Assembly: GCF_900055185.1 (NCBI RefSeq)
Contig: NZ_FIZX01000002.1
Coordinates: 228,586 to 252,585 of the forward strand
Direction of reading: 5' to 3'
Source of the DNA: Grimontia celer
Lineage (GTDB): Bacteria > Pseudomonadota > Gammaproteobacteria > Enterobacterales > Vibrionaceae
DNA length: 24,000 nt
Of this stretch, positions 1 to 8,595 are shown piece after piece (the stretch's first letter is position 1; each line of letters starts with the position of its first letter). Both the position numbers and the translations under genes were made by a program. The notes beneath the pieces were generated by a model. That model searched no databases. It was not told the origin of the DNA and worked only from the letters and a program-made list of their open reading frames with translations.

Positions 1-277
1 CAGCCTCAAAGTCGATGTGTGCCCGGGTCTGATAACCGTCCAGATATTTCACATAGCGGTGTTTGCTGGACTCGACATACTCATCGTCGCCCCATTGTTT
101 TTTCGCCTCTTTGGCAATGTAAGCGAACAGGGCGCTAATTGCCTTTTTGTTGGCATCAGATACGGGTTGGCTGGTGACAGGTAGCGGAGTGTTATCGCAG
201 TTGCAATCCGGGGTTTCGGGCGCTGCTGAGCAGCCAGTAAGCAGGGTTGCTGACAGCAGAAGAATGGCTTTTTTCAT
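1..277 (-). CDS. mltC: Membrane-bound lytic murein transglycosylase C, N-terminal part (gene runs off the window start)
   Basis: Reverse-strand reading from the ATG (complement of 275-277) gives MKKAILLLSATLLTGCSAAPE..., a signal peptide with lipobox L-T-G-C. It stays open to nt 1. The segment ...HRYVKYLDGYQTRAHIDFEA matches by eye the E. coli MltC segment ...[20 protein letters not shown] as I recall it. It is absent from the ORF track because it is truncated. Confidence 0.7.
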   Translation of the reverse strand, partial: MKKAILLLSATLLTGCSAAPETPDCNCDNTPLPVTSQPVSDANKKAISALFAYIAKEAKKQWGDDEYVESSKHRYVKYLDGYQTRAHIDFEA

Positions 278-392
278 CGTCACTTCTGATTGTTGTTTTT
301 GTTCTTAGTGAATAGAGGCGACGATGCTATGCCTGACCTTGAAAAAAGGAAAGAAATTTGTCGGCATCGAGGGAGCTAAAGAAAGAAATTTT

Positions 393-417
393 GCGCTAGC
401 ACACAAGGTGTTAGCGC
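393..417. terminator. Hairpin just downstream of lhgO (possible terminator)
   Basis: gcgctagca (393-401) pairs with tgttagcgc (409-417): 9 bp including one G-U, loop cacaagg. On the + strand it is followed by GCGCTTTTT. On the - strand (lhgO sense) the tail is AAAATTTCTTTC, which is not a classical U-tract. Confidence 0.35.
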
Positions 418-432
418 GCTTTTTGAGCAGGT

Positions 433-1620
433 CTAGTTGAGTTGTTCGACGATATGTTTAGCGATAGGAAAGCAAGATGTTGCTGCCGGTGAAGGTGCAT
501 TGCATACGACTAATGCGTGCTCGGTTTTGTGGAACAGGAAATCATCAACCAGATCGCCGTTTTGATAGACCGCTTGAGCACGAATACCGGAGGGGTAGGA
601 ACGCAAATCCTGATTGGTTAGGGAAGGGCAATACTTCTGCACTTCCTTTAAGTAGCCCGGTTTCCAGAACCCATTCCTGAGCTCCTTCATGGCGGATTTG
701 AAATTGCGGCGAATCACTTTGTAAAACCCGGGATACTGCAGCATCTCAACCACGTCACTCGGAGAGAAAGAAAAGCGAGAGTAGCCTTCACGGGCAAGAC
801 TTAGCACCGCATTTGGGCCAACAGTGACCGAGCCATCAATCATTTTGGTCAGGTGAACGCCGAGGAAGGGCAAAGCAGGGTCAGGGATGGGATAAATCAG
901 ACTGCTGATAATGGCATTATGTTCGCTCGCCAGTTGGTAGTAATCGCCGCGAAACGGCACCATTTGGAAATCCGGCGTCTCTCCCAGCATGCGCACAATG
1001 CGATCTGACATGATGCCTGCGCAGGAAATCAGCTTGCTGGTATGGAAGGTTTGTTCACCTGCCACCACAGTCACGCCATCTTTTGATTCCTGAATGTACT
1101 CAACAGGATGACTATAAAAAATATCCCCACCGCGCTCCTTGATCATACTTCCGAGTTTTTGGCAGATCTGGCGATAGCTAACGATGCCTGTGGAAGGGAT
1201 AAAGATAGCACCAAGCCCACTGATATTTGGCTCTTTATTCTCTAGCTGTGCCGCGTCCAGCACATCGAAATCCAATTCGTTGTCAGCTGCGCGGATTTTT
1301 AATGCTTCCATGCGTTCCAGTTCAACTTCACTGGTGGCAACCAGCAGTTTGCCGCATTCCTCGAAAGGGATTTGGTGCTCGGTACAGAAAGCTTTAATGG
1401 CTTGATTGCCTTCTTTGCAAAAACGCGCCTTCATGCTGCCCGGTGTGTAGTAAACACCAGCGTGGATGACACCGCTGTTGCGTCCTGTTTGGTGGCTGGC
1501 AGGTTGAGGTTCCTTTTCGACCACCACAACACGCGCATTGGGCTCCTGCTTTTGCAGTTCACTGGCGACACTCAATCCAACGATTCCTGCGCCAATGATC
1601 AAATAGTCGCAATTCACCAT
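433..1620 (-). CDS. lhgO: L-2-hydroxyglutarate oxidase/dehydrogenase (FAD-dependent)
   Basis: 395-aa ORF with an N-terminal Rossmann motif DYLIIGAGIVG. It is colinear by eye with E. coli LhgO/YgaF, e.g. HQTGRNSGVIHAGVYYTPGS, IYPIPDPALPFLGVHLTKMIDGSVTVGPNAV, CNAPSPAATS. AGGGA lies 7 nt upstream of the ATG. Confidence 0.9.
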   Translation of the reverse strand: MVNCDYLIIGAGIVGLSVASELQKQEPNARVVVVEKEPQPASHQTGRNSGVIHAGVYYTPGSMKARFCKEGNQAIKAFCTEHQIPFEECGKLLVATSEVELERMEALKIRAADNELDFDVLDAAQLENKEPNISGLGAIFIPSTGIVSYRQICQKLGSMIKERGGDIFYSHPVEYIQESKDGVTVVAGEQTFHTSKLISCAGIMSDRIVRMLGETPDFQMVPFRGDYYQLASEHNAIISSLIYPIPDPALPFLGVHLTKMIDGSVTVGPNAVLSLAREGYSRFSFSPSDVVEMLQYPGFYKVIRRNFKSAMKELRNGFWKPGYLKEVQKYCPSLTNQDLRSYPSGIRAQAVYQNGDLVDDFLFHKTEHALVVCNAPSPAATSCFPIAKHIVEQLN

Positions 1621-1769
1621 GTATCAATCCCTGATAAAGCCTTCTGTAAGAAGTTTGATTGAATGCTAAATCGTCAATGATGGGAAGGTGTTAGGAGTGA
1701 CTCTGTGACACGAGCTATACCCAAACGACCCGAATGCTGGATCTGCGTATTGTTTGAATATGAATGTTG

Positions 1770-4700
1770 TTAACCTGCAGACTTTCTATTGCTGGCTGCG
1801 TCTTTCTCGTAGGGATTTCTGATGCCGGCCTTAGAAGAGGAAATGACGCGCCCAAGCGGGATAGGTTCTCCGTACACATAGCCTTGGGTGTAATCAAGGC
1901 CCACTTCGCGCACATGGCGAAGGTCTTCCTCGCTGTTGACCTTGTGCGCGGAAGTTTTAACTTTCAGTGTATCCGCCACCTGTTTGATGGATTCAACAAT
2001 GCGTTTATCGACCTTGCTCGACTTCATCATTGAGATAATGCTGCCATCGATTTTGATTAGGCTGATATTGAATTTGCGCAAGTAACCAAACGAGGAGAGT
2101 TCTGAGCCAAAGTTGTCGACGGCGACTTCGCATCCGAGTTTACGCAGTGATGAAACGATGTCTTGAGAGCGAATGGTGTCGATAAGCAAAGTACTCTCTT
2201 TGACTTCGATACAAATCTGGCTGGCAGGCAGCACACTGTCTTTGATTAAACCGAGACAGTAACTCATGAAGCTCTCACTGTAGAAAGCGCCGGTTGAAAT
2301 ATTGACGGCAATACCCAATCCAGTTTCTGCGAGGGCATTTGCCTGTTCTACAAGCACTTCGTTAAACACCCAGCGCTCAATGCTGATCAGGCGACCTGTC
2401 GGCTCAGCAGCAGGGAGAAACTCGGCGGGAAGCAGTAAATCCCCTTCTTCAGTGATCAGTCTGACGAGCACTTCATGCCAGGTAGGAAGCTCCTGGCTAT
2501 TGGGTACCAATGGCATGCTAAGTAGACTGAAAGAATTCGTGGATATGGCAGTATCAATCCGCTGCAACAGGAAGTCGCGACGGAATGAAATGCCATCATT
2601 CAGCAATGAAGGGTCGAATACTGAAATGGCCGGCTTGCAGCTTTCAGTTAATGATTCAAGAGCAACCTGTGCTTGGTAAATCAGCTGGAACGGCGTGCTT
2701 TGCAGTGCCTCGGCAGCCGTTAAGCCAATTGAGCAATCCAACGGGTAAGACGTTTCGCCATGTTGGTATTTTAATGAGCAGATTTTCTCTGAAAGCTTGT
2801 TAAGAGAATGCTGGGCGTTTTCGATTGATTCGTTAGGCAGTAAGACGCCAAACTGCTTGTCACTGAGTCTGGCAGCGTTCTGTTTTCCAAAAGACTTGAT
2901 GATTAAACCAGCTGATTTAACAAGTTGATCCCTGATTTGGTTACCAAAGGCATCGGCCAGCGCTTCGAGTCCGCCGATTTCCACGACTGCCAGTGTATGT
3001 CTGTCTAAGGATTCCTCGAGACTGTCGATATGACCTTGCAGCTTGTGTTCAAAAGCGCGTCGGTTCGGAAGTTTGGTGAGCATATCTAAAGCCGACTTTT
3101 CCTCTTTTCCTGCAATACGCTCTTCCATAGAGACTGTGTGAAGATGGAAGGTGAGCACCCATCCGTTCGGTGCATTTCCATCTGGGATAACCGGAATCAC
3201 CTCTAAATAAACCAGTTGTTCCTGATGTTGCTCAGTTTGCAAGGTGAAGGTACCGTTCAGGCGGAAGTCCTGATGGTATGCAGAGAGTAGGTGAGCAAAG
3301 GTGTATTGATTTTGGCGGTCAAAAATATTGAACTGCTCATCAATGCTAGCGCCGATTAAATCATTGTTCGACAGGCCAGTGAAAGCTGCGGCATGGCGGT
3401 TGATAAAGGTGATTCTGAGCAGGGAATCAAGCGCGATTATACCATCACTGACGGATTCGGCAGCGGTTGCGAGCAGCAAGTTCTCCCTTTCGAGTTGCAC
3501 GTTTTCGCGGTGGATCGTAGTGGTCTCCTGACAGAGCCCGACCAACCGTGAACCGCTGTCTGGGTGTATTACGCGGGCGAGAATATGGTGGTATACCACC
3601 TGACCATTGGCATTTCTCACCTGAATGTTGATGTCGAGCTGCTCGTCGTGCATCCTTGCCACAGTGAACATGGCCTCAAGTTGGTGTTGGTCTGAAGGCA
3701 AGACTTTATCGCGCCACAGGGATCTAGATATACCGTCACTTTCCTGAAGGCCATACAAGGCGTACATCTCGGTATTCCAGTAAATCTCTTCTGTTTCTGG
3801 GTTGTACTCCCAAAGGCCGAAATCGCATACCTGGCCGACAAGTTCAGCTTGCTTGGCAGCGAGTGCTTCTTGCAGCGAAAGCTCGCGTTCATCATCAATA
3901 TCCGTGATGGTACCAATCACTTTGGTGGTTACGCCATGGCTGTCATGTTCGATAGGTTGGCAATGATCCCTCACCCAACGATAGCGCTCATTGTCATCCA
4001 GTAACCGATATTCAATGGCACCAAACTGGCCGCCATTGTATGTCACTGTGTGTTGGTATTCTCTGAGATCATCCGGGTGAATGCGGGACATCCACTCGTA
4101 CAGTCGTTTGACGTCACTGGCTTTGATGCCAATGGCTTGGCTGGCGTTTTCTGAAAGGTGCAGATACTTCGTGTGGCACTCCATTTCATAGACTGCGGTA
4201 CGGTTGATTCCAAGGGCAAATTCGAATTTCTTCGACCACATTTTCCGCTCATCATCGAAGCGACGATCTTTGTCGATATCCTGAACCTGATAGATAAACT
4301 GCAGGGTATTTCCTGTCCATTTGTCCCTGATGATGGAGACACCAATACGTGTCCAAACCACCTGTTTGTTTTTGCGCGTGAGGCGAACTTCAGTTTGAAA
4401 ATTATTGATTTTGCCTGAAGAGAGTAATTGAAGCTGCTCATTGGCTGCATCTTTATCGCGATGGAACACAAGCTGTCGGAAGGTTTTCTTTTCCAGCTCT
4501 TTTGCGGTGTAACCAATCAGGTCGATGAAGCTTTTGTTGGCATTACTCATTGTCCCGTCGGGCTGGACCATGACCGTTCCTATCACTGATGACTGCATGG
4601 CATTTGAAAACAAATCTGCCCGTTCATCACTCGTTTTCTGGATTTGAAGCAGGCGCGCCGACTTCACGGCGAGGATTGCCCCAAGCAACATGGCACCACT

Positions 4701-5537
4701 GATTGGGAGCAAAAGCCCAGTCGTACTGACGGGTTCAGTTGATATCACTAGGTTCTCTTCTGGGTTTACTAACAATAAATCCAGGGTCACCGAGACCACA
4801 AAGGCGGTGAAAAAAGCTGATAGCCTGTCCAATATGGCGCCCGCCACGGTCAGTGCGATGGCAATGGCAATAAAGGGGAAAGTAGCATGGGTAAGCAACC
4901 ATCCGCATAGCGCAGCGATGACAAATATCGTCATGACGGTAGTTGGGCGACAGAGGCTCGATGGCAATTCACGGTTGCTTTGCAGCAAGGTGTAAACCAG
5001 AGGTGTGATAGCCAAGATACCGATCACATCACCAAGGTACCAAGCAGGGGCAACGGCTTCGAAGGGGATGGACAATTCTCGGTTCAGCACCCAGCCGCCG
5101 AGGACGGCGCCAGCGAGGGGGCTAAGCAAGACAGTTAGCAGCACAAAGGAGGTAAAAGCCTTCATCGACAGGAAAGGTTCAGCGTATCGGGCGATATAGG
5201 CCAGTGACAGACTGCCAAGAATAATGGTGGAAGAGTTCGCGGCTGCGAGTTGAATGCTCTGAAGTGGGTCATCGCCGAAGATAATGTTGGAGAGTAATAT
5301 AGCGACGAAGGCCGTGCCAACAAGTGCTAATCGTTGGCTGGAAGGCGCCAGCGCTATCATGGCGATACTGAAGCCGTTGGTGTACCAGATAAAGGCTGCG
5401 CTGTTAGGCTGGCGGAGAAAGTAGATGGAATACAGCGACTCAATCAGACAACCCAGAAACAAAAGCATGATGCGTATTAATACCGCATTCTCGGGGAATA
5501 CGTCGCTGGACTGATTGGTCGCTGCCGTTGGGGTCAT
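1770..5537 (-). CDS. Membrane sensor protein: MASE1 - four PAS/PAC - GGDEF-like - EAL-like (both catalytic motifs degenerate)
   Basis: 1255-aa ORF. The first ~300 aa are multi-TM, consistent with MASE1. Four PAS/PAC-like repeats follow (e.g. ...GNTLQFIYQVQDIDKDRR, ...VIGTITDIDDERE). The GGDEF-family fold is marked by LTKLPNRRAFEHKL, but RLSDKQF (2850-2870) sits where RxGGDEF is expected. The EAL fold carries HEVLVRL (2457-2477), VNIS, IEVKES, VDNFGSE, IKIDGS and QGYVYGEP, but AHKVN (1935-1949) replaces AEGVE. Confidence 0.88.
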   Translation of the reverse strand: MTPTAATNQSSDVFPENAVLIRIMLLFLGCLIESLYSIYFLRQPNSAAFIWYTNGFSIAMIALAPSSQRLALVGTAFVAILLSNIIFGDDPLQSIQLAAANSSTIILGSLSLAYIARYAEPFLSMKAFTSFVLLTVLLSPLAGAVLGGWVLNRELSIPFEAVAPAWYLGDVIGILAITPLVYTLLQSNRELPSSLCRPTTVMTIFVIAALCGWLLTHATFPFIAIAIALTVAGAILDRLSAFFTAFVVSVTLDLLLVNPEENLVISTEPVSTTGLLLPISGAMLLGAILAVKSARLLQIQKTSDERADLFSNAMQSSVIGTVMVQPDGTMSNANKSFIDLIGYTAKELEKKTFRQLVFHRDKDAANEQLQLLSSGKINNFQTEVRLTRKNKQVVWTRIGVSIIRDKWTGNTLQFIYQVQDIDKDRRFDDERKMWSKKFEFALGINRTAVYEMECHTKYLHLSENASQAIGIKASDVKRLYEWMSRIHPDDLREYQHTVTYNGGQFGAIEYRLLDDNERYRWVRDHCQPIEHDSHGVTTKVIGTITDIDDERELSLQEALAAKQAELVGQVCDFGLWEYNPETEEIYWNTEMYALYGLQESDGISRSLWRDKVLPSDQHQLEAMFTVARMHDEQLDINIQVRNANGQVVYHHILARVIHPDSGSRLVGLCQETTTIHRENVQLERENLLLATAAESVSDGIIALDSLLRITFINRHAAAFTGLSNNDLIGASIDEQFNIFDRQNQYTFAHLLSAYHQDFRLNGTFTLQTEQHQEQLVYLEVIPVIPDGNAPNGWVLTFHLHTVSMEERIAGKEEKSALDMLTKLPNRRAFEHKLQGHIDSLEESLDRHTLAVVEIGGLEALADAFGNQIRDQLVKSAGLIIKSFGKQNAARLSDKQFGVLLPNESIENAQHSLNKLSEKICSLKYQHGETSYPLDCSIGLTAAEALQSTPFQLIYQAQVALESLTESCKPAISVFDPSLLNDGISFRRDFLLQRIDTAISTNSFSLLSMPLVPNSQELPTWHEVLVRLITEEGDLLLPAEFLPAAEPTGRLISIERWVFNEVLVEQANALAETGLGIAVNISTGAFYSESFMSYCLGLIKDSVLPASQICIEVKESTLLIDTIRSQDIVSSLRKLGCEVAVDNFGSELSSFGYLRKFNISLIKIDGSIISMMKSSKVDKRIVESIKQVADTLKVKTSAHKVNSEEDLRHVREVGLDYTQGYVYGEPIPLGRVISSSKAGIRNPYEKDAASNRKSAG

Positions 5538-5717
5538 CGTTTCATCCGGTGCTTTGAGCCAAATAATTAAACCCTCCCTGTTAGCGGGCGCTGACAGCGT
5601 CGCCTCACTTGATAGCCAGAGTTTTGTCTCAAAAGTTTAGATGATGTCTCATTTTTGTGCCGAGAAACCCTGATGCGTCGTAAATGGCTCTAAGTGATGA
5701 CTCACATCGTGGTTTGC

Positions 5718-6080
5718 TCAAAGTTCGTTGTACTTTACCGCGCGGCCAAAACATTTTTCCGGTGGGTATTTCTTCCGGTTATGTTCGATCTTCTCATCAC
5801 ACGCTTTTTCCAAATCAACGCCGCAGCGATCTGCAATGCGTATTAGATAGAGTTGGATGTCTGCCAGCTCATGTTCAAGTGCTTGTCGTTTCTCAGGAGG
5901 AAAGTTCTCAGCTTGTTCAGGTGTTAACCATTGAAAAAGCTCAGCCAGTTCTCCGACTTCCCCACTCAAAGCCATGACCAGATTTTTGGGGTTGTGGAAC
6001 TGTTCCCAATCCCGCTCGCGGGCAAATTCTGCCATTTCAGATTGCAGCCGAAGAAAAGCACTTGTTGGTTTATCCGTCAT
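5718..6080 (-). CDS. MazG-like nucleotide pyrophosphohydrolase (all-alpha NTP-PPase, DCTPP1/YpjD-like)
   Basis: 120-aa ORF with acidic metal-binding helices typical of the MazG/NTP-PPase superfamily: LSGEVGELAELFQW and EHELADIQLYLIRIA. The C-terminus has the NRKKYP pattern common in this family. Confidence 0.8.
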   Translation of the reverse strand: MTDKPTSAFLRLQSEMAEFARERDWEQFHNPKNLVMALSGEVGELAELFQWLTPEQAENFPPEKRQALEHELADIQLYLIRIADRCGVDLEKACDEKIEHNRKKYPPEKCFGRAVKYNEL

Positions 6081-6308
6081 GAGGGGCGTTGTCCTTGAGA
6101 TAATCTGGGGTGACGAAGTTATAAGATGCTAGTGTGTCATGGATTGAAGCACGGGAAAACTGATGTTTCGTATTGCCGCGCTAGTCACTAAATCACCTCT
6201 TCACCTGTCCTATTTTTGTGAAAAATAAGAATTTCTTTTCCAACTGAAAGCAAATGCCCGCCAATCCTGTCTATTCTGTAACTAGAACCATGGAGCTAGG
6301 CGCCTACC

Positions 6309-6887
6309 TTGAACGATATCACCGCAACATTGTTGACCTATTCCCCAGTGACCCTCTTTTTCGCGGTGATCCTGTTGTCTTATCTGCTCGAAGATTTAGC
6401 GATTGTGACCGCCAGCGTTGCTGCGTCGCAAGGGGTTATGTCAGTACCTGCAGCGTTGGCAGCCATCTTTGTGGGTATTGCGACAGGCGATATTGGCCTT
6501 TACGCACTGGGTTTATGGGCACGTCGCTGGAGAAAACTGCGCGGATTTTTGCTGACCAAACCGAGCGTGAGAATGATACGCCGGAAATTGCGCGCCCATG
6601 CGTTTGGCAATTTGTTCCTTATTCGCTTTGTGCCAGGTCTTAGGTTTGTCGGTTTTTGCCTGAGCGGTTTCTTCCGTGTCGGGCTAAAACCCTTTTTATC
6701 GGCCGTGCTGGTTGCAACTGCACTCTGGACGGCTCTGATTTTCGTGCTGGTTTACAAACTGGGCGAAATTGAATGGATTAATAACCACCTCAGCTGGGGA
6801 CTTATCCCTGTTGTGGTGATCTTGCTCATTGCCGTCAACCGTGTTGCAGGGAGCAAGCTGAAGGAGAAAGCCGTTTGCACAGATTAA
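6309..6887 (+). CDS. DedA / VTT (SNARE-associated) family inner-membrane protein
   Basis: 192-aa polytopic hydrophobic ORF with the DedA signature F-x-x-R-F-x-P-G-x-R (NLFLIRFVPGLRFVG). An in-frame stop at 6297-6299 makes TTG 6309 the first possible start. The true start could be a downstream TTG or GTG (6330-6366). Confidence 0.75.
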   Translation: MNDITATLLTYSPVTLFFAVILLSYLLEDLAIVTASVAASQGVMSVPAALAAIFVGIATGDIGLYALGLWARRWRKLRGFLLTKPSVRMIRRKLRAHAFGNLFLIRFVPGLRFVGFCLSGFFRVGLKPFLSAVLVATALWTALIFVLVYKLGEIEWINNHLSWGLIPVVVILLIAVNRVAGSKLKEKAVCTD

Positions 6888-8011
6888 AGCTGGTGGAAGA
6901 GAAAACCTCTCCTGCCTTGCCGGTTAACCATGGCATGCCGCCTTTAGACATGAGCGGCAAACCGGTGTCGTTTTTTGAATTCTGGCCGGGTTGGGTGTTT
7001 TACGCCCCGGTGGCCTTGCAATGGATATGGAACGGGCTGAAGTACAGAAGCTTTGGATTGCCATTGGTGGCAAACCCCGGCATTGAATTGAGTGGCATGG
7101 TGGGCGAATCCAAAGACGCTATTTTGTCACTGGCTGGTGACACAGCGAAGCCTTGGGTATTGCCTTACATCATGTGGGAAAAAACCGCGATGCCGCCAGA
7201 AACACAGGCGCATCAGGCACTGACTGCCTTGCAACAGGCAGGGCTCGGCTTTCCCGTGGTTGCCAAGCCGGATCTGGGCTGTCGTGGTGCGGGTGTGCGT
7301 TTGGTCGAGAACAAAGGCGAGCTGGAAGAATACCTGCGCCTGTTCCCAGATGGTGCCCGATTGATGTTGCAGGAAAAAGCGCCTTACAACGCCGAAGCAG
7401 GTGTGTTCTACGTGCGTTATCCCGATCAGAAAAGAGGTCAGATTTTCTCCATGACCCTGAAATACAACCCTTTCGTGGTGGGCGATGGAGAGAGCAATCT
7501 CGCCCAATTGATTGATGAGGATTCCCGTGCCGGAAAACTCGCACATTTATACCGAACACGCCATGAGGACAAATTGGATCTGGTATTGGCGAAAGGGGAA
7601 ACGTTCCGCCTTGCTTTTGCCGGCAGTCATTCGCGCGGTGCGATTTTCCGCGATGGACGTGACTATATCAGCGATGCGTTAGTCGAGCGCTTGGATGAAA
7701 TTTTTGATGACTTTCCCGGTTTTCACTATGGACGGATCGATCTCAAGTTCCGGGACATCAACAGCCTGATGCGAGGCGAAGATTTTGTATTGCTGGAAGT
7801 CAATGGCGCCAGCAGCGAAGCCGCGCATATCTGGGATCGCGGTGCGACCATCAAGAGTGCATTCGGCACCTTGCTGGATCAATACCGGATGCTGTTTGAG
7901 ATTGGCAATTTGCAGCGAAAGGCCGGGCACAAAGTCCCGTCGTTGTTGGAGCTTTACCGGGCATGGCGTCGTGAAAAGGCGTTGGTTCGTGATTATCCGT
8001 CCACCGATTAA
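6875..8011 (+). CDS. ATP-grasp family carboxylate-amine ligase (D-Ala-D-Ala-ligase-like fold), substrate unknown
   Basis: 378-aa ORF. ATP-grasp hallmarks are VVAKPDLGCRGAGVRLV (Lys plus Gly-rich loop), MLQEKA, and the Mg-binding E-x-N in FVLLEVNGASSE. The TTG start at 6875 has AAGGAG (6861-6866) 8 nt upstream and overlaps the upstream gene by 13 nt. An alternative ATG (MPPLD...) lies 60 nt downstream. Confidence 0.85.
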   Translation: MHRLKLVEEKTSPALPVNHGMPPLDMSGKPVSFFEFWPGWVFYAPVALQWIWNGLKYRSFGLPLVANPGIELSGMVGESKDAILSLAGDTAKPWVLPYIMWEKTAMPPETQAHQALTALQQAGLGFPVVAKPDLGCRGAGVRLVENKGELEEYLRLFPDGARLMLQEKAPYNAEAGVFYVRYPDQKRGQIFSMTLKYNPFVVGDGESNLAQLIDEDSRAGKLAHLYRTRHEDKLDLVLAKGETFRLAFAGSHSRGAIFRDGRDYISDALVERLDEIFDDFPGFHYGRIDLKFRDINSLMRGEDFVLLEVNGASSEAAHIWDRGATIKSAFGTLLDQYRMLFEIGNLQRKAGHKVPSLLELYRAWRREKALVRDYPSTD

Positions 8012-8055
8012 AACAACTAGCAATCGAGAAAAATCAGTCGATTTGAGGGGATACC

Positions 8056-8595
8056 ATGTTAGCGAGAGACACCAGGCCATCACTGAATGAACCCACTGCT
8101 GTTGAGGTAGAAGGGTGTCTGGATGTGGCGGCGCAGGCGCTTGAGCTTTTACACCAGCTTTCTGACGAGCAGTACAACTTTGTCGCAGCACCGTATTTGC
8201 AAAGTTCAATCGGTCAGCACATGCGCCATATTCTTGATGTGGTCCATGCTGCTTCCGCGCAGGAAATTGATTATGACGTTCGCCGCCGTGCGCACCCTGT
8301 TGAAACCGATAAAGAGATTGCGATTTCGGAATGGCGACACCTTTGCGAATGGTTGGAAAGCCTTTGTGAAGCAGATATGGATGCCGCGATTGATGTACGT
8401 CATGAGGTCAGTCTGAACCGTCAGGCTGCGGCAAAATCAGCGTCTACACTTGGCCGCGAACTAGCATTTGTCTCCAGCCATGCGGTGCATCATTTTGCGC
8501 TAATCCGTGTCAGCTTAAGTGCACAGAATATCAGTGTGGCAGAGACCTTTGGTCTTGCACCTGCCACTCTCAGTCATTTCCGTGGAGAAAAGTGA
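8056..8595 (+). CDS. DinB/YfiT-like four-helix-bundle metalloprotein (DinB_2-like)
   Basis: 179-aa ORF. His residues are arranged like the DinB-superfamily metal triad: GQHMRHILDVV near the N-terminus and SSHAVHHFALI (H-x3-H) near the C-terminus. GAGGGG lies 5 nt upstream of the ATG. Confidence 0.6.
   Translation: MLARDTRPSLNEPTAVEVEGCLDVAAQALELLHQLSDEQYNFVAAPYLQSSIGQHMRHILDVVHAASAQEIDYDVRRRAHPVETDKEIAISEWRHLCEWLESLCEADMDAAIDVRHEVSLNRQAAAKSASTLGRELAFVSSHAVHHFALIRVSLSAQNISVAETFGLAPATLSHFRGEK

Noticed and set aside
393-425. Hairpin plus T5 on the + strand read as the terminator of a + strand small RNA between mltC and lhgO
   Set aside because: I could find no convincing + strand promoter in 278-392. 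The simpler explanation is a (bidirectional-looking) terminator or stabiliser for lhgO. It is kept only as a low-confidence terminator feature.
2302-5199. Multiple 64-157-aa alternative-frame ORFs inside the 1255-aa sensor gene
   Set aside because: All lie within a continuous, domain-rich 3.8-kb ORF, and their compositions are typical of off-frame translation.
6205-6222. Pho-box-like direct repeat CTGTCCTATTTTTGTGAA upstream of the DedA/ATP-grasp operon (13/18 to the E. coli consensus by hand, 11-bp periodicity)
   Set aside because: The second half-site is weak (TTGTGAA) and I cannot find a -10 element at the spacing seen in Pho promoters. It is attractive because olsF homologs are reported to be phosphate-regulated, but it is not supportable by eye. 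It needs a PWM scan or PhoB binding data.
6254-6643. 129-aa + strand ORF overlapping the start of the DedA-family gene in another frame
   Set aside because: Its composition is Cys/Arg-rich and not protein-like. The other frame carries a clear DedA signature and TM periodicity. It is a shadow ORF.
7127-8209. Several 120-176-aa ORFs antisense or out of frame within the ATP-grasp gene and across the ATP-grasp/DinB junction (7127-7546, 7153-7515, 7170-7559, 7679-8209, 7785-8090)
   Set aside because: They are Arg/Pro/Ser/Cys-rich shadow frames of a well-supported coding region. They have no SD, no motifs and no independent support.
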